Shown: positions 1 to 10,557, counted from the stretch's first letter. The stretch is 64,000 nt of DNA from a bacterium (GCA_965261595.1 CBDHDG010000007.1:608001-672000), one strand, 5' to 3'. The notes: a model not told the origin generated them from the letters alone. A program made the numbers and translations.

Positions 1-71
1 GTTTGAACCCTTCGGGCGATCGCATAACCCGCCACAAGCTCTCCGGCCACCGGCTGCCTTTCGGATTGAGA

Positions 72-896
72 TCATTCACCGGCCGGCGCCCCCGCAACGA
101 TCATAAACATGATCTCCGTCTTATTCGGTAAATCTTTCCGGTTGAGCATCATATGATTTCCGTTGAAGATTTTGAGCGGAAACAGATCCTTCGCGAGGGC
201 CGCGAAGGCGTTGGGGCCCGTCGTGTCGAAATGCATGGGGATGACCAGCGGCGGGCGGACCTGCTGAATCACCTTGATGGCGTCCGGAGGGCTCAGCGCG
301 CCGATCGTGCCGATGGGGATGAAAAGGACATCGATGCGGCCGAGTCTATCGAGGGTTTCTTGACCGAGCAGGTGATTCAGGTTGCCCAGGTGGGCGACGC
401 ACAATCCCGCGACCTCAATCACAAAGATGGAATTGATGTAGTATTTTTGGCCGTCGATATCGGTCGGATTCGTCGGGATGTTGAAAATCCGGGCGTCTTT
501 GAGCCGGAAATCCACCTTGGCCTTCCCCCCTTTCGGATTCCAGCCGAGGAAGACCTTGACGCCGCCCGAGTCCAGGCCCCGAACGCTGTGGGTCGGATGC
601 GGGTTGCTCATGGTCACGATGTCGGGCAGGGCCGGTGGAAGATTCCGGGCGTTGTAGTCCGTGAAGAGGGTGGCACCGCCGGGTGTCTCGAAGAAAAAGC
701 TGGAGTGTCCGGCGAATATCACCCGCAAATAGCCCGACGGGACGGCGGGAAGTCCGTGAGCGGAAACGCGCACGATCCCCGGACCGGCGGACGGCGTTTC
801 GCCCTTCACCATGTTGAGCACGCATGCCCCCCAGGCGGACCCGGCCGACAGGATCAGCGGCAGGGCGGCCATGAAATGAAACGACCGTCTTACCAT
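72..896 (-). CDS. Exported MBL-fold (Lactamase_B_3-like) hydrolase, paralog 1
   Basis: Motifs GHSSF, TMSNPHPTH, VAHLGNL, IPMHF; N-terminal signal-like stretch; start taken at ATG 896. Confidence 0.75.
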   Translation of the reverse strand: MVRRSFHFMAALPLILSAGSAWGACVLNMVKGETPSAGPGIVRVSAHGLPAVPSGYLRVIFAGHSSFFFETPGGATLFTDYNARNLPPALPDIVTMSNPHPTHSVRGLDSGGVKVFLGWNPKGGKAKVDFRLKDARIFNIPTNPTDIDGQKYYINSIFVIEVAGLCVAHLGNLNHLLGQETLDRLGRIDVLFIPIGTIGALSPPDAIKVIQQVRPPLVIPMHFDTTGPNAFAALAKDLFPLKIFNGNHMMLNRKDLPNKTEIMFMIVAGAPAGE

Positions 897-968
897 CTCC
901 GCACAAGCTTCAAGGAATCGGGGCAAAGCCGCGTCTCCTTAAAAAGGCCATCAGGACCCCCCTCTGTG

Positions 969-1787
969 TCACCGCCCCCGCAGGAACACGACCTCCGTAC
1001 GGCGCGGGAGGGTCTTGCGGCTGACGAGCAGGTGGTCCTTGTCATGGACCTTCACCGGAAACATTTGTCCCGCGAGGGCGCCGAAAACACTCGGGCCCAT
1101 GAAATCGTACTGCATTGGAATCACGATGGCGGGACCGATCTGCCGGATAAGCCGGAGGGCGTCGGCGTGATTGAGCGTCCAGGAGCCGTCGGCGGATATG
1201 AAGAGGACATCGATCCGTCCGAGGGCCCGGAGGGTCTTCTTGTCGAGGAGGTGTCTGAGATTGCCCAGGTGGGCGACGCACAGCCCGGCCGCCTCCACGA
1301 CGAAAATGGAATTGCCGTTCGTCCGGACGCCGCCGAAGTCGCTGAAGTTCGTCGCGACGTTGAAGACCTTCGCGTCCTTGATCCTCACGTCCACACGGGC
1401 GACGCCCCCTTTGGGGTCCCAGCCGCGCAAGGGATGGGTGACGGCCGGGTCGATGGCGCCCGAGCTGTGCAGGTGGTGGGCGTTGCTCATCGTCGCCGCG
1501 TCGGGTGTCCAGGCGGGCGGAGCCTGGTCGTTGTAATCCGTGACGATCGAGGCGCCCCCCGGCGTCTCGACCAGAAAGCTGGAATGGCCGAGGTAGGTGA
1601 CGCGAAGATGACCCGGCGGGACCGGCGCGGGTCTGTGCGAGGAAACCCTCTGAATCCACGGAACGCGCTCGGCCACGTTCAGGACGCATGCCCCCAAAGC
1701 ACCCTTGGGGATGAGGGCGAACACAACCGCGGCCCCGACAAAGGCCAAACACCTGAGGAAAGATCCCCGCGACTCGATGTCCCGCAT
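969..1787 (-). CDS. Exported MBL-fold hydrolase, paralog 2
   Basis: YLGHSSF, TMSNAHHLH, VAHLGNL, IPMQY; collinear with 72-896. Confidence 0.75.
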   Translation of the reverse strand: MRDIESRGSFLRCLAFVGAAVVFALIPKGALGACVLNVAERVPWIQRVSSHRPAPVPPGHLRVTYLGHSSFLVETPGGASIVTDYNDQAPPAWTPDAATMSNAHHLHSSGAIDPAVTHPLRGWDPKGGVARVDVRIKDAKVFNVATNFSDFGGVRTNGNSIFVVEAAGLCVAHLGNLRHLLDKKTLRALGRIDVLFISADGSWTLNHADALRLIRQIGPAIVIPMQYDFMGPSVFGALAGQMFPVKVHDKDHLLVSRKTLPRRTEVVFLRGR

Positions 1788-2043
1788 CCTTCCGTTTTTT
1801 ATCAGGTGGGTCGGGCATCCCGCCCGACCCTTGCCGGGCAGGATGCCCGGCCTACCCCGCGCTCGGCGAATGGGTGGACCCGCTATCGGACATCGCTCCT
1901 CTGCCATCCCTTGCGTCCAATGGTTGGTGAGAAATGCAGGCCAAAGTCTCCGCGCGGCGCCGTTGATGTAGAAGCGGCGCCGGGGTCAGTGTTCCCTTTT
2001 AAATTAACACGGTCCATTATCAGATAAATTCCTAAAATGCAGT

Positions 2044-2072
2044 TTGACAGCGGGTCGCACGGCAAGTATCAT
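2044..2072 (+). promoter_or_regulatory. Sigma70-type promoter candidate
   Basis: TTGACA-17nt-TATCAT upstream of the regulator at 2123. Confidence 0.55.
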
Positions 2073-2122
2073 CCCATGATATAAAATTCCACTCCCAAGA
2101 ATCCTCTCGGACTGGGAAGGCC

Positions 2123-2692
2123 ATGGAAGGTACAGTCTCTATCGAGGAAACGGTGGGGACGCGGATACGCGATCTCCGCAAAGCCCGGCGTTTCACGCTC
2201 GAACAACTGGCCGAGCGCGCAGGCATTTCGAAGAGCGTCCTGTCGAAGATCGAGAACGGCAAGGTGAGCTCGCCCATCTCGACTTACACCCGGATCTCCT
2301 CGGCCCTGAACGTATCCCTGTCGGACATGTTCAGCGAAGAGAACGGCGAGGACCCCTCCCTCGTCCGGAAGGGAGACCGAAAACCGCTCTCCCATACTGA
2401 CACGCAGTTCGGCTACACCTATTACTCGCTCTCGCCCAGCCGGCTGGGCAGACGGATGGCCCCCTTCCTGTTGATCTACCCCCATGACCTGCCTGAAATT
2501 CCCACCGCTCATCATTCGGGCGAGGAGTTTTTGTTCATCCTGAAGGGGGACCTGGAATTCGTGTACGAGGAGAAGACGCTGATTCTCTCGGAGGGGGACA
2601 GCCTTTACATCGACGCCCAGACGCTTCACAGCGCTCGGGCGCTCGGCGGCCGGGAGTGTGAAGTCCTCGTCATCGGAACCTCGAACCCCTGA
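2123..2692 (+). CDS. XRE-family HTH regulator with cupin domain
   Basis: TLEQLAERAGISKSVLSKIENG HTH; HSGEEF...GDSLY cupin. Confidence 0.9.
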   Translation: MEGTVSIEETVGTRIRDLRKARRFTLEQLAERAGISKSVLSKIENGKVSSPISTYTRISSALNVSLSDMFSEENGEDPSLVRKGDRKPLSHTDTQFGYTYYSLSPSRLGRRMAPFLLIYPHDLPEIPTAHHSGEEFLFILKGDLEFVYEEKTLILSEGDSLYIDAQTLHSARALGGRECEVLVIGTSNP

Positions 2693-2709
2693 CCGAAACG
2701 GGAGGAAAG

Positions 2710-3867
2710 ATGGCGCTCGACTATCACCGATTCCCGAAGGCGGAGTACGAAAGCCGGTGGGGGAACGCCCAAAGGCGGATGGCCGAGGCCGGCCTCGACG
2801 CCCTCCTCATCACCGAGAGGGCCAACTACGTTTACTTCTGCGGCGGCAACCCGGACTTCTCCTTCTCCCGGCCGACGACCTTCATCCTTCCCGAGTCGGG
2901 GGCGCCGGTTTGCGTCGTTCAGCAATTCTTCCGGGACCTGACCGCCCGGAGCGCCTACGTGGACGACGTTCGGGTGTACGACACGCTGGGCGGCGCGCCC
3001 ATCGGGATGATCGCCGGGGCGTTGAAGGACCTCGGGGCGGCCGCGGGGAAGGTCGGCTGCGAGTTGGGCTACGAACAGCGTCTCGGCGTCTCGGCGGAGG
3101 ATTTCCAGGCCCTCGGAAAGGCCCTGCCGGGCGCGACGCTGACCGACGGCTCGGGGGTGATCTGGGGCTGCCGGATGGTGAAATCACCCGCCGAGGCCGC
3201 GCGTCTGCGCGAAGCCGGGCGCATCACGGGCGAGGTCTACGAGGCCCTGTTCCCGACCGTCCGCCCCGGCATGACCGAGACCGAGATCGTCGATCGGTTC
3301 CTCCGGATGCACATGAGCCGCGGGGGCGGCTCGCCCTGGTTCCTCATCAACTCCGGTCCCGAAAACTACGACATCCCCTGTGGGGGGCCGGCCGGACGGA
3401 CGCTCCAGGCCGGTGACGTTCTCTGGATGGACGGAGGATGCTGCGTGGGGGATTACTGGTCGGACTACACGCGGATGCTCTTCCTGGGCGAGCCCACGGA
3501 CGATCAGCGCAAGGTCTACGACCTCATCACCGGCGTCACGCGAAAGACGGTCGAGGCCGTGCGGCCCGGCGTCCGGTGCTCCGACCTCCAGGCGCTGAAC
3601 GACCGGCTGTTCGAGGAGGCGGGATACGACTACAACGAGATCAACTTCGCCGGCGGACGGATCGGCCACGGCTTGGGGACGATGATCACCGAACCGCCCC
3701 ATGTCGCGGCCTATGACGACACGGTCCTGGAGCCCGGAATGGCCATCACCATCGAGCCCGGCTGGATGCGGGACGATGGCTGCTTCCACGTCGAGGACAA
3801 TGTCCTCGTCATCGAGGATGGGTGCGAGATCCTGAGCCGGTGCCCGCGTGATTTGTGGGTGGTTTGA
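2710..3867 (+). CDS. M24 family (Xaa-Pro peptidase/creatinase-like) protein
   Basis: Creatinase-type N domain; SDYTR, GHGLG, IEPG, HVED motifs. Confidence 0.88.
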   Translation: MALDYHRFPKAEYESRWGNAQRRMAEAGLDALLITERANYVYFCGGNPDFSFSRPTTFILPESGAPVCVVQQFFRDLTARSAYVDDVRVYDTLGGAPIGMIAGALKDLGAAAGKVGCELGYEQRLGVSAEDFQALGKALPGATLTDGSGVIWGCRMVKSPAEAARLREAGRITGEVYEALFPTVRPGMTETEIVDRFLRMHMSRGGGSPWFLINSGPENYDIPCGGPAGRTLQAGDVLWMDGGCCVGDYWSDYTRMLFLGEPTDDQRKVYDLITGVTRKTVEAVRPGVRCSDLQALNDRLFEEAGYDYNEINFAGGRIGHGLGTMITEPPHVAAYDDTVLEPGMAITIEPGWMRDDGCFHVEDNVLVIEDGCEILSRCPRDLWVV

Positions 3868-3875
3868 GCGAGGCG

Positions 3876-4250
3876 CCAGGGGGGGGACATTTTGAAAACT
3901 GTCCCCCCCCCTGGACCCCCCCTCTCGAAAACGTTCGGCGGCCAAGCTGTAAGCTTGGCCTTACCCGCGCTTGGAGGGACGATTCCACTTCGCGCGTTTG
4001 TTTGGCGCGGCCAAAAAACCTGCCTGCGTCAGACAAATGGAGGTTGGGCTCCAACCTGCGGGCCGGTTAGCCCTTCGCTCGGAAGAGAATTGGCCGCCTT
4101 CCAAAGACAAGCGGGAATGCGGACATTCGGTGGCGGCTTACCGCAATCGCCCACTTAACTTTTTAAGACAAATCGGAGGGCCGTGCGCCAGAGAAGTTAT
4201 CATGAGCAAAACCCCTCCACCCGTAGCTTGGCCGGCACGCAAGTGCCCAG
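3876..4250 (+). repeat. 375-bp structured intergenic element, copy A
   Basis: First ~90 bp and last ~100 bp match the reverse complement of 13901-14275; several hairpins. Confidence 0.85.
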
Positions 4251-4265
4251 GACTTGGAGTGCGTT

Positions 4266-6038
4266 ATGCCTAATTTAGCGGACATTGTGGACGAGGTTAT
4301 CCGGACAGACGTATTGATTGCGGGAACCGAAGGGGCCGGCGCCCGGGCGGCGATCTCGGCCCACGACGCGGGGGCCTCGGTCACCTGCGTGACCAAGGGA
4401 TTCGTCGGCAAAAGCGGCGCCACCCTCACGGCCGACGCCGACATCGACGTAGACAGCCGGACGTGCATCAAGCTCTTCAACCTGCCCGGCCATCCCGACG
4501 ACAGCGTTCAGACCTTCTTTGAGGACATGGTCCACGAGGGGGACTGGATCAACAACCAACGCCTCGTCGAGGTTCACGCCGAAGAGGCCGGACCGCGAAT
4601 CAAGGACCTGGTCGACTGGGGCATCCGCATCGAGCGCCTGACCCACGCGCCGGGCCACCGGTACCCGCGCGGCATCTGGATCGAAGGCCCCGAGTTCGCC
4701 CGGGTCCTCACCCAGGAAATCAAGAAACGGCCCGGCATCCAGCTCGTCGAGACCTTCATGCTCACCGACATCCTAACGAGCGGCGGCCGGTGCGTCGGGG
4801 CCATCGGGCTAGATTACCGCCGCGGCAAGATCATCGCTTTCGAGGCTTCGGCGGTGATCCTGTGCACGGGCGGGGCCATGCGGATGTACCGGTACACCAC
4901 CGCGCCGGAAGAGCTGACGGGGGACGGCCTGGCCGCCGCCTACCGGGCGGGGGCGGAGCTTCAGGACATGGAGTTCCCCATGTTCCTGCCTTACATCCTC
5001 ATCAAGCCCGACGCCGTCAACAGCATCGATTTCCCCTACCTGCTGGCGCACTTCCTCGACGCCAAAGCCCTGAACCGCGCGGGCCAGGAGTACATGATCA
5101 AGTGGGACCGGCTGCGCATGACGAAGAGCACGCGGGACGTCAACGCCATCGCCCAAATGATGGAGGTCCTCGAAGGACGCGGAAGCCCCAACGACGGGAC
5201 CTATCTCTCGCTCAAGCATATTCCCCGAAACATCCTGGAGCGAGGCTCGCAGTGGCTGCCGAAGATGATCGCGAAGTGGCGCTACGGGGCCTTCAAGATG
5301 AAGGAGTTCCTGCCCGACCTTTCCCAGGACGCCATCGAGTGCGCCCCGGCTTGCCACTTCTGGAACGGGGGGATCAAGATCACCGAGGACTGCGAGACCA
5401 ACCTCCCCGGTCTCTACGCGGCGGGAGAAGGGACCGCCGGCACGCACGGGAGCAACCGGGTGTCGGGCAACGCCCTGACGATGACCCAGGTCCTCGGGCC
5501 CAGGGCCGGTGAAGCGACGGCCAAATTCGTGAAAGAGCACGGCCGCGCGGAAGTGGACGCCGAACAGGCCGCGGTGTTCGCCGAGAAAATCCGGGCGCCG
5601 CTGAACCGCAAGTCCGGCGCGAGCCCCATCGAGATCCGCAAGGAGACCCGCCGGCTCTCTCACCTCTACCTGAACGCCGTGCGGGACGGGGACAATCTCA
5701 AGAGCACCCTCGAGAGGGTCGAGGAGCTGCAGAAACAGGAAAAAACCGTCCGCACCAAAAACCCGGACCTGCGACAATACAACATGGAGTGGATCGAGGC
5801 CCTCCAGACGGAGAACCTCCTGACCGTCATGGAGATGGTCGGCAAGGCGAGCCTGATGCGCGAGGAGAGCCGGGGCGCCATGTTCCGGCGGGACTTCAAT
5901 GACACCGACGGCGTGAACTGGTTGAAGAACATCATCGTCTATCAGGAAGGCGAGCAGATGAATTTCCGGACGGAGCCCGTCGTCGTCACAACGATGGAGC
6001 TGCCGCGCAAGGTGTACAAATACTGGGACGCGGAGTGA
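4266..6038 (+). CDS. Succinate dehydrogenase/fumarate reductase-family flavoprotein, non-canonical
   Basis: GTEGAG FAD motif, TGDG, STRD, HFWNGG, HGSNRVSGNAL, REESRG C-terminal domain. Confidence 0.85.
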   Translation: MPNLADIVDEVIRTDVLIAGTEGAGARAAISAHDAGASVTCVTKGFVGKSGATLTADADIDVDSRTCIKLFNLPGHPDDSVQTFFEDMVHEGDWINNQRLVEVHAEEAGPRIKDLVDWGIRIERLTHAPGHRYPRGIWIEGPEFARVLTQEIKKRPGIQLVETFMLTDILTSGGRCVGAIGLDYRRGKIIAFEASAVILCTGGAMRMYRYTTAPEELTGDGLAAAYRAGAELQDMEFPMFLPYILIKPDAVNSIDFPYLLAHFLDAKALNRAGQEYMIKWDRLRMTKSTRDVNAIAQMMEVLEGRGSPNDGTYLSLKHIPRNILERGSQWLPKMIAKWRYGAFKMKEFLPDLSQDAIECAPACHFWNGGIKITEDCETNLPGLYAAGEGTAGTHGSNRVSGNALTMTQVLGPRAGEATAKFVKEHGRAEVDAEQAAVFAEKIRAPLNRKSGASPIEIRKETRRLSHLYLNAVRDGDNLKSTLERVEELQKQEKTVRTKNPDLRQYNMEWIEALQTENLLTVMEMVGKASLMREESRGAMFRRDFNDTDGVNWLKNIIVYQEGEQMNFRTEPVVVTTMELPRKVYKYWDAE

Positions 6039-6045
6039 GGAGACC

Positions 6046-6414
6046 ATGGCGAAGACTTACACGGTGAAACTCGAGCGGTATAATCCGGATGCCGATAAGG
6101 AACCCTACTACGACGACTTCCAGGTGCCCATCGAGGAAGGCTGGAGCCTCCTCAACGTCCTGGCCTACATCTACGAGGAGCTGGATCCCTCGGTTTGTTA
6201 TTACGGCTCCTGCCGGGTCGGCAAGTGCGTCGCCTGCCACGTCAAGGTCAACGGAAAAACCCGCCTGGCCTGCACCGAAATCGCGGGACGGGAGGACATG
6301 ACCATCGAGCCCCTGCCCAGCGTCCGGGACACCTTCATCCGGGACGTGGTGCTCGACTGGTCCCAGGTCCGCCCCGCCGGCAGAACCGGGATGAGCGACG
6401 ACGAGGTGGATTAG
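6046..6414 (+). CDS. SdhB/FrdB-like protein with the [2Fe-2S] domain only
   Basis: SCRVGKCVAC...RLAC, IEPLP, IRD; ends at 122 aa. Confidence 0.85.
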   Translation: MAKTYTVKLERYNPDADKEPYYDDFQVPIEEGWSLLNVLAYIYEELDPSVCYYGSCRVGKCVACHVKVNGKTRLACTEIAGREDMTIEPLPSVRDTFIRDVVLDWSQVRPAGRTGMSDDEVD

Positions 6415-6449
6415 GCCTGCCCGGTTTCACGGAAACGGGAGCACAAAGG

Positions 6450-7448
6450 ATGGCGCGGACCTCCGCACCAATAAACGAAATCGCCGTCTGGCCGGCGTTG
6501 GCGCAATTCTGGCATCCGGTGGCCTACGCCCATGAGGTGACCGACAAGCCGGTCCCTCTTACGCTCCTCGGAGAGGAGATCATTGTCTGCCGGCTGGGGA
6601 AAGAAGTCCAAGCCTTCGCCGACCTGTGCGTCCACCGGGGAACCCCCCTCTCCTTGGGGTGGATCGAGGGGGAGGAGATCATCTGCGCCTACCACGGCTG
6701 GTCCTACAACCGCGAGGGCGAATGCACCCGAATTCCCTCGATTCCCCCGGAGCACCCCATCCCCAAAAGGGCCTGCCTGACCCGCTATCCGGCCCGCGAG
6801 CGATACGGCATCGTTTGGGTCTGCCTGTCCGATGAGCCCCGCGCGCCCGTCCCCGAATACCCGGCCTATGAAGACCCGAACTACCACATCGTTATCCGCG
6901 ACAGGGGTCTCTGGAAGTGCGGTGCGGCGCGGGGAATCGAGAACTTCATCGATCTCGGACATTTTTCCTGGGTTCATGAAGACATCCTGGGAACCCGGGA
7001 CCTCCCGCTGACGCCCGAGATGCACATTGAACGGCACGGCGAGGAGCTTCGCTTCCACTGCGATTGCCTGCCGGACCGGATTCATCCGGTGGCCCACCGG
7101 CGGAACTACAGGCTGGCCCGCCCCTTTTCGATTTACAACTGGAAGGAGCAGGAGGGGGCCGATCGTCAGGAGGTGCTCGTCTTTCTCTGCACGCCGCACA
7201 CCGAGAAGGAGTGCACCTGGTTCTTCCTGATCGCCCGGAACTATGACCCCGACGCGGACAAGGGAGAGGGCGAGGGGCAGGAGAACCTCTACAAGCTCAT
7301 CCTCGAACAGGACCAGGCCATCGTCGAGCGTCAGCGGCCCGAGGCCCTTCCGCTGGACCTGCGGGAGGAGCTCCACGTGAAGGGGCCGGACGCCATCGCC
7401 CTCGAATACAGGAGGTTTCTCGCCGAGCTCGGCGTGGATGTGGCTTAG
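6450..7448 (+). CDS. Rieske non-heme iron oxygenase (VanA/demethylase-like alpha subunit)
   Basis: CVHRG...CAYHGW Rieske motif; ENFIDLGHFSWVH mononuclear Fe motif; RBS before ATG 6450. Confidence 0.9.
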   Translation: MARTSAPINEIAVWPALAQFWHPVAYAHEVTDKPVPLTLLGEEIIVCRLGKEVQAFADLCVHRGTPLSLGWIEGEEIICAYHGWSYNREGECTRIPSIPPEHPIPKRACLTRYPARERYGIVWVCLSDEPRAPVPEYPAYEDPNYHIVIRDRGLWKCGAARGIENFIDLGHFSWVHEDILGTRDLPLTPEMHIERHGEELRFHCDCLPDRIHPVAHRRNYRLARPFSIYNWKEQEGADRQEVLVFLCTPHTEKECTWFFLIARNYDPDADKGEGEGQENLYKLILEQDQAIVERQRPEALPLDLREELHVKGPDAIALEYRRFLAELGVDVA

Positions 7449-7661
7449 TCTTCGGAAATGGCCGGCCCGCGTCCTCTTGTTCGGACCGGCCTGCTTCATT
7501 CAGTATGGGTGAAATCCAACAGGGCCGACCGCGCGGCCTTGCGGTTGCCCCGGCTTCCCGAAAGCGGACGGGCCTGATTCTCTCCGGCTTCCATCGCGCG
7601 TCGGGAGACGCCGCTTGATCATGAGCGGCGCTCCGCACCTTCAGCAGCCTGTGAGAATCCG

Positions 7662-8536
7662 ATGAGTCTCCTGTTCATCGCCGAAATCCTCGCCTTGGTC
7701 ACGGCTGTCCTCTTCGCCACGGGGGATTTTGTCGGGCGGCTCGCCATCCGGCACGCGCCGCCGTACATGGGGGGCTCATGTCGGCGGCCGTGGGGTGCGT
7801 CGTGTTCGGCGCCGCATGGCTGGCGATCCCTTCGACCGTCCCGCTCAACCTGCCGGGTGTGGTGTGGTTCTTTTTTGCGGGACTGATTCACCCCGCGTTC
7901 GGATTCATTATCCTGTTGAAGGCGTTCGAGAAGGCCGGGGTCGGCCGCTCGGCCGCAATCCTGGGGACCGGCCCGTTTTTCAGTGTGGCCATCGCCATCC
8001 TCTTCCTCGGCGAGCAGCCGACCTGGTTTGTGCTCGGCGGCACGCTGTTGATTGTCCTGGGGGTTGTCTGCGTCAGTCTGGAGGAAGGAACGGAAGGCCC
8101 CGTCAAGTGGAAGAGCTTGGGCTACCCGTTCTTAACGGCGTTCTTGTTCGGCCTCGCGCCCGTACTCAGGAAGTCGGGTTTGAATCACATCCCCTCCCCG
8201 ATGGTCGGCATGGCCATTTCCTCCTTGTCCGGAACGGTTTGTCTGCTGGCCTGCGCGGGGTTTTTCCCGGCCGGGCGGCGGTTCAACGGCAACCGAAGAG
8301 GGATCGGGCTCTATACCATCTCCGGAGCCCTCTTCGCCCTGGGTGTTTATACGTATTTCTCGGCCCTCGAAAAGGGGGATGTTTCGATCGTTGTGCCTCT
8401 CCTTTTCACGCATACGCTGATGCTGCTCGTCCTGGTTCACTTTTTCCTTCGGCAATTTGAACGGCTCGCGCCGCGGCTCGCGGGCGGCGCGGTCTTGATC
8501 GTCTGCGGAGCGGTGGTCATCACAACGCTCGGGTAG
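7662..8536 (+). pseudogene. EamA/DMT transporter, frameshifted near 7770
   Basis: N-terminus in the 7662 frame, remainder in the 7778 frame; shift at a G run; paralogous to 8613-9494. Confidence 0.8.
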
Positions 8537-8612
8537 GGCGCGCACATCCGCCTCCCCCCTCGCCCGGGCGCCCGGAAGGCGGAGAGGCCGGTTTTCGGAG
8601 ACTGGACATTCC

Positions 8613-9494
8613 ATGATGAGCTTCTTGGATCTCGCGCAAACCCTGGCGGTTATCGTGGCGATCATATTCGCCGTCGGAGACATCCTCGGCCGGCTTGCCG
8701 TCCGTCATTCCACGCCCTACACGGGAGCACTGTTGGGCACGCTCGCCGGACTGGTTTTATTTGCCCTGATCGCCCTGGGATCCGGGTCCTGGGTGGCCGT
8801 CAACCTCGCGGGGATCTCCTGGTTCGTTGTGGCGGGGGTGTTCTATCCCGGTTTCGGCTACATCGCGATTTTCAAGGCCTTCGAGCGTGTGGGCGTCGCG
8901 CGGACGGCGGCGGTCCTGGGCATGTCGCCGATGATCAGCGTCGGCATCGCCATCCTGTTCCTGGGGGAGCGGCCGGGATTCTTCGTGCTTTGCGGGACGG
9001 TCCTGATTGTTCTGGGGGTCGTGAGCATCAGCCTGGAAAAGGTTGACGGGGAGGGGAGGATGTCCTTCAGGAAACTGCTCTGGCCCATCCTGACGGCCGT
9101 CTGCTTCGGCGTCACCCCCATCCTCAGGAAAACCGGTCTCCACTATCTTCCTTCCCCGGTGATGGGTATGTTGTTCTCCTCGATCGGCGGCATGTTTGTC
9201 CTCCTGGCCTGCATCGGGCTTATTCCCCGCGCGCAACGATTCAGCCGCCATCGCCTGGGCGGGGTTCAATTTATCCTCACGGGCCTCATTTACGCCCTGG
9301 CGGTCTATCTCTACTTCGTGGCCCTGAGCAAAGGGCCGGTTTCGCTCGTGGCGCCGCTCGTTTTGACTTATCCCCTCTTCGTGCTAATCATGATGGCCTT
9401 GGCGTTCAGAAAACTGGAGCGGATCACGCCGCGTCTGATCGTGGGGGCGCTTTTGACCGTTGCCGGGGCGGGGGTGATTACCGGCCTTGGCTAG
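8613..9494 (+). CDS. EamA/DMT transporter
   Basis: About 10 TM segments, LFLGERP motif, two EamA halves. Confidence 0.88.
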   Translation: MMSFLDLAQTLAVIVAIIFAVGDILGRLAVRHSTPYTGALLGTLAGLVLFALIALGSGSWVAVNLAGISWFVVAGVFYPGFGYIAIFKAFERVGVARTAAVLGMSPMISVGIAILFLGERPGFFVLCGTVLIVLGVVSISLEKVDGEGRMSFRKLLWPILTAVCFGVTPILRKTGLHYLPSPVMGMLFSSIGGMFVLLACIGLIPRAQRFSRHRLGGVQFILTGLIYALAVYLYFVALSKGPVSLVAPLVLTYPLFVLIMMALAFRKLERITPRLIVGALLTVAGAGVITGLG

Positions 9495-9770
9495 CGGAGT
9501 CAATGGTTCCGCGGGACCACGCCCGAATCAAGACTGCCTACAAGGGGAAATCTCCGCCGGGGTGGTATAAGATGACGGAGCCATCCAGCGTGATTCTGGA
9601 CACAAAACCTCTTTGAAGCGGCATCACCCATGCATGACGCCATCCTCAGATCGGTATTGATTTTCTCTTTTCGATGAGCGATGGAAACGAACATCAAAGA
9701 GGGAAATCCGATATCTCCCAAGTGAATTCCGGGGGTTTTCCATACCCTCCGCAAGGGGAAAAGGAGTGTC

Positions 9771-10454
9771 GTGACTTTGGCCACTTTGCAACCTTTGCAG
9801 AAAAAGCTGCTTTCAGAAAACGTGGTGGGGGCCATCCGGACCGCCATCTTGAACCGGGATTTGGAGATGGGCCAACGGCTGGTGGAGACCGAGCTGGCCG
9901 AGCAGTTGCGCGTCAGCCGCGGCCCCATCCGGGAGGCCCTTCGCCTTCTGGCGGCCGAGGGCCTGGTGCTCATCAACGCCCATCGGGGGACCTTCGTCCT
10001 CAAGCCCACGGAAGTGGACGTGGAAGAGATCTACAGCCTGCGCGAAACCCTGGAGGTCCTGGCGATTCAGCGGGTCGTGCGGCTGGCCTCCGATGAGGAG
10101 GTCGACTCGCTCGGCGCCATCGGAGAACGATTCAATGTCGTTGCGCCGGGAAAAAATGTCAGCCAGCTTGTCGAGCTGGACATGGAGTTCCACGGCCGGC
10201 TGTTCCATCTCGCCCGGCATCGGCGGGTTCTGAATAACTGGTCCGCTCTCCAGTCGCAGGTCCGTCTGTGCATCGCCGCCAGTATGGATCAGCATGAGAA
10301 ACGTCCGATCTCGTTCCTCGGACAGGACCATGCGGTGATCGTTCAGGCCGTCCGGGACCGCGACGCCGAGACCGCCGGCCGCCTGCTGGGCCAGCACATC
10401 CAAAAGGGGGCCGAATTCGTCCGGAGGGCGATGCAATCCGTCTCGAAGTCGTAG
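9771..10454 (+). CDS. GntR/FCD transcriptional regulator
   Basis: ETELAEQLRVSRGPIREAL; FCD domain with FH and DH. Confidence 0.9.
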   Translation: MTLATLQPLQKKLLSENVVGAIRTAILNRDLEMGQRLVETELAEQLRVSRGPIREALRLLAAEGLVLINAHRGTFVLKPTEVDVEEIYSLRETLEVLAIQRVVRLASDEEVDSLGAIGERFNVVAPGKNVSQLVELDMEFHGRLFHLARHRRVLNNWSALQSQVRLCIAASMDQHEKRPISFLGQDHAVIVQAVRDRDAETAGRLLGQHIQKGAEFVRRAMQSVSKS

Positions 10455-10557
10455 GGACCCCCGGGTCTTCTCCGCGCGGGCATTCCGATGCCGCCGGTCG
10501 ATTGGGCCGGAAGAAAGAGATTCGAGGTTCAAAGCAAGACAAAGGGAGTGAGTTGCC

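Noticed and set aside
153..2027. Long antisense or alternate-frame ORFs (also 13986-15545, 57332-59092, 60526-62142, 60873-62789)
   Set aside because: Shadow ORFs of real genes in high-GC DNA, with no motifs.
3876..4250. Riboswitch for the flavoprotein operon
   Set aside because: No aptamer I recognise, and the second copy is antisense to its neighbours; kept as an unclassified repeat.
4266..6414. Canonical sdhAB/frdAB or nadB
   Set aside because: Key His motifs are changed, the Fe-S subunit lacks the 4Fe-4S/3Fe-4S domain, and no anchor or nadA/nadC genes are present.
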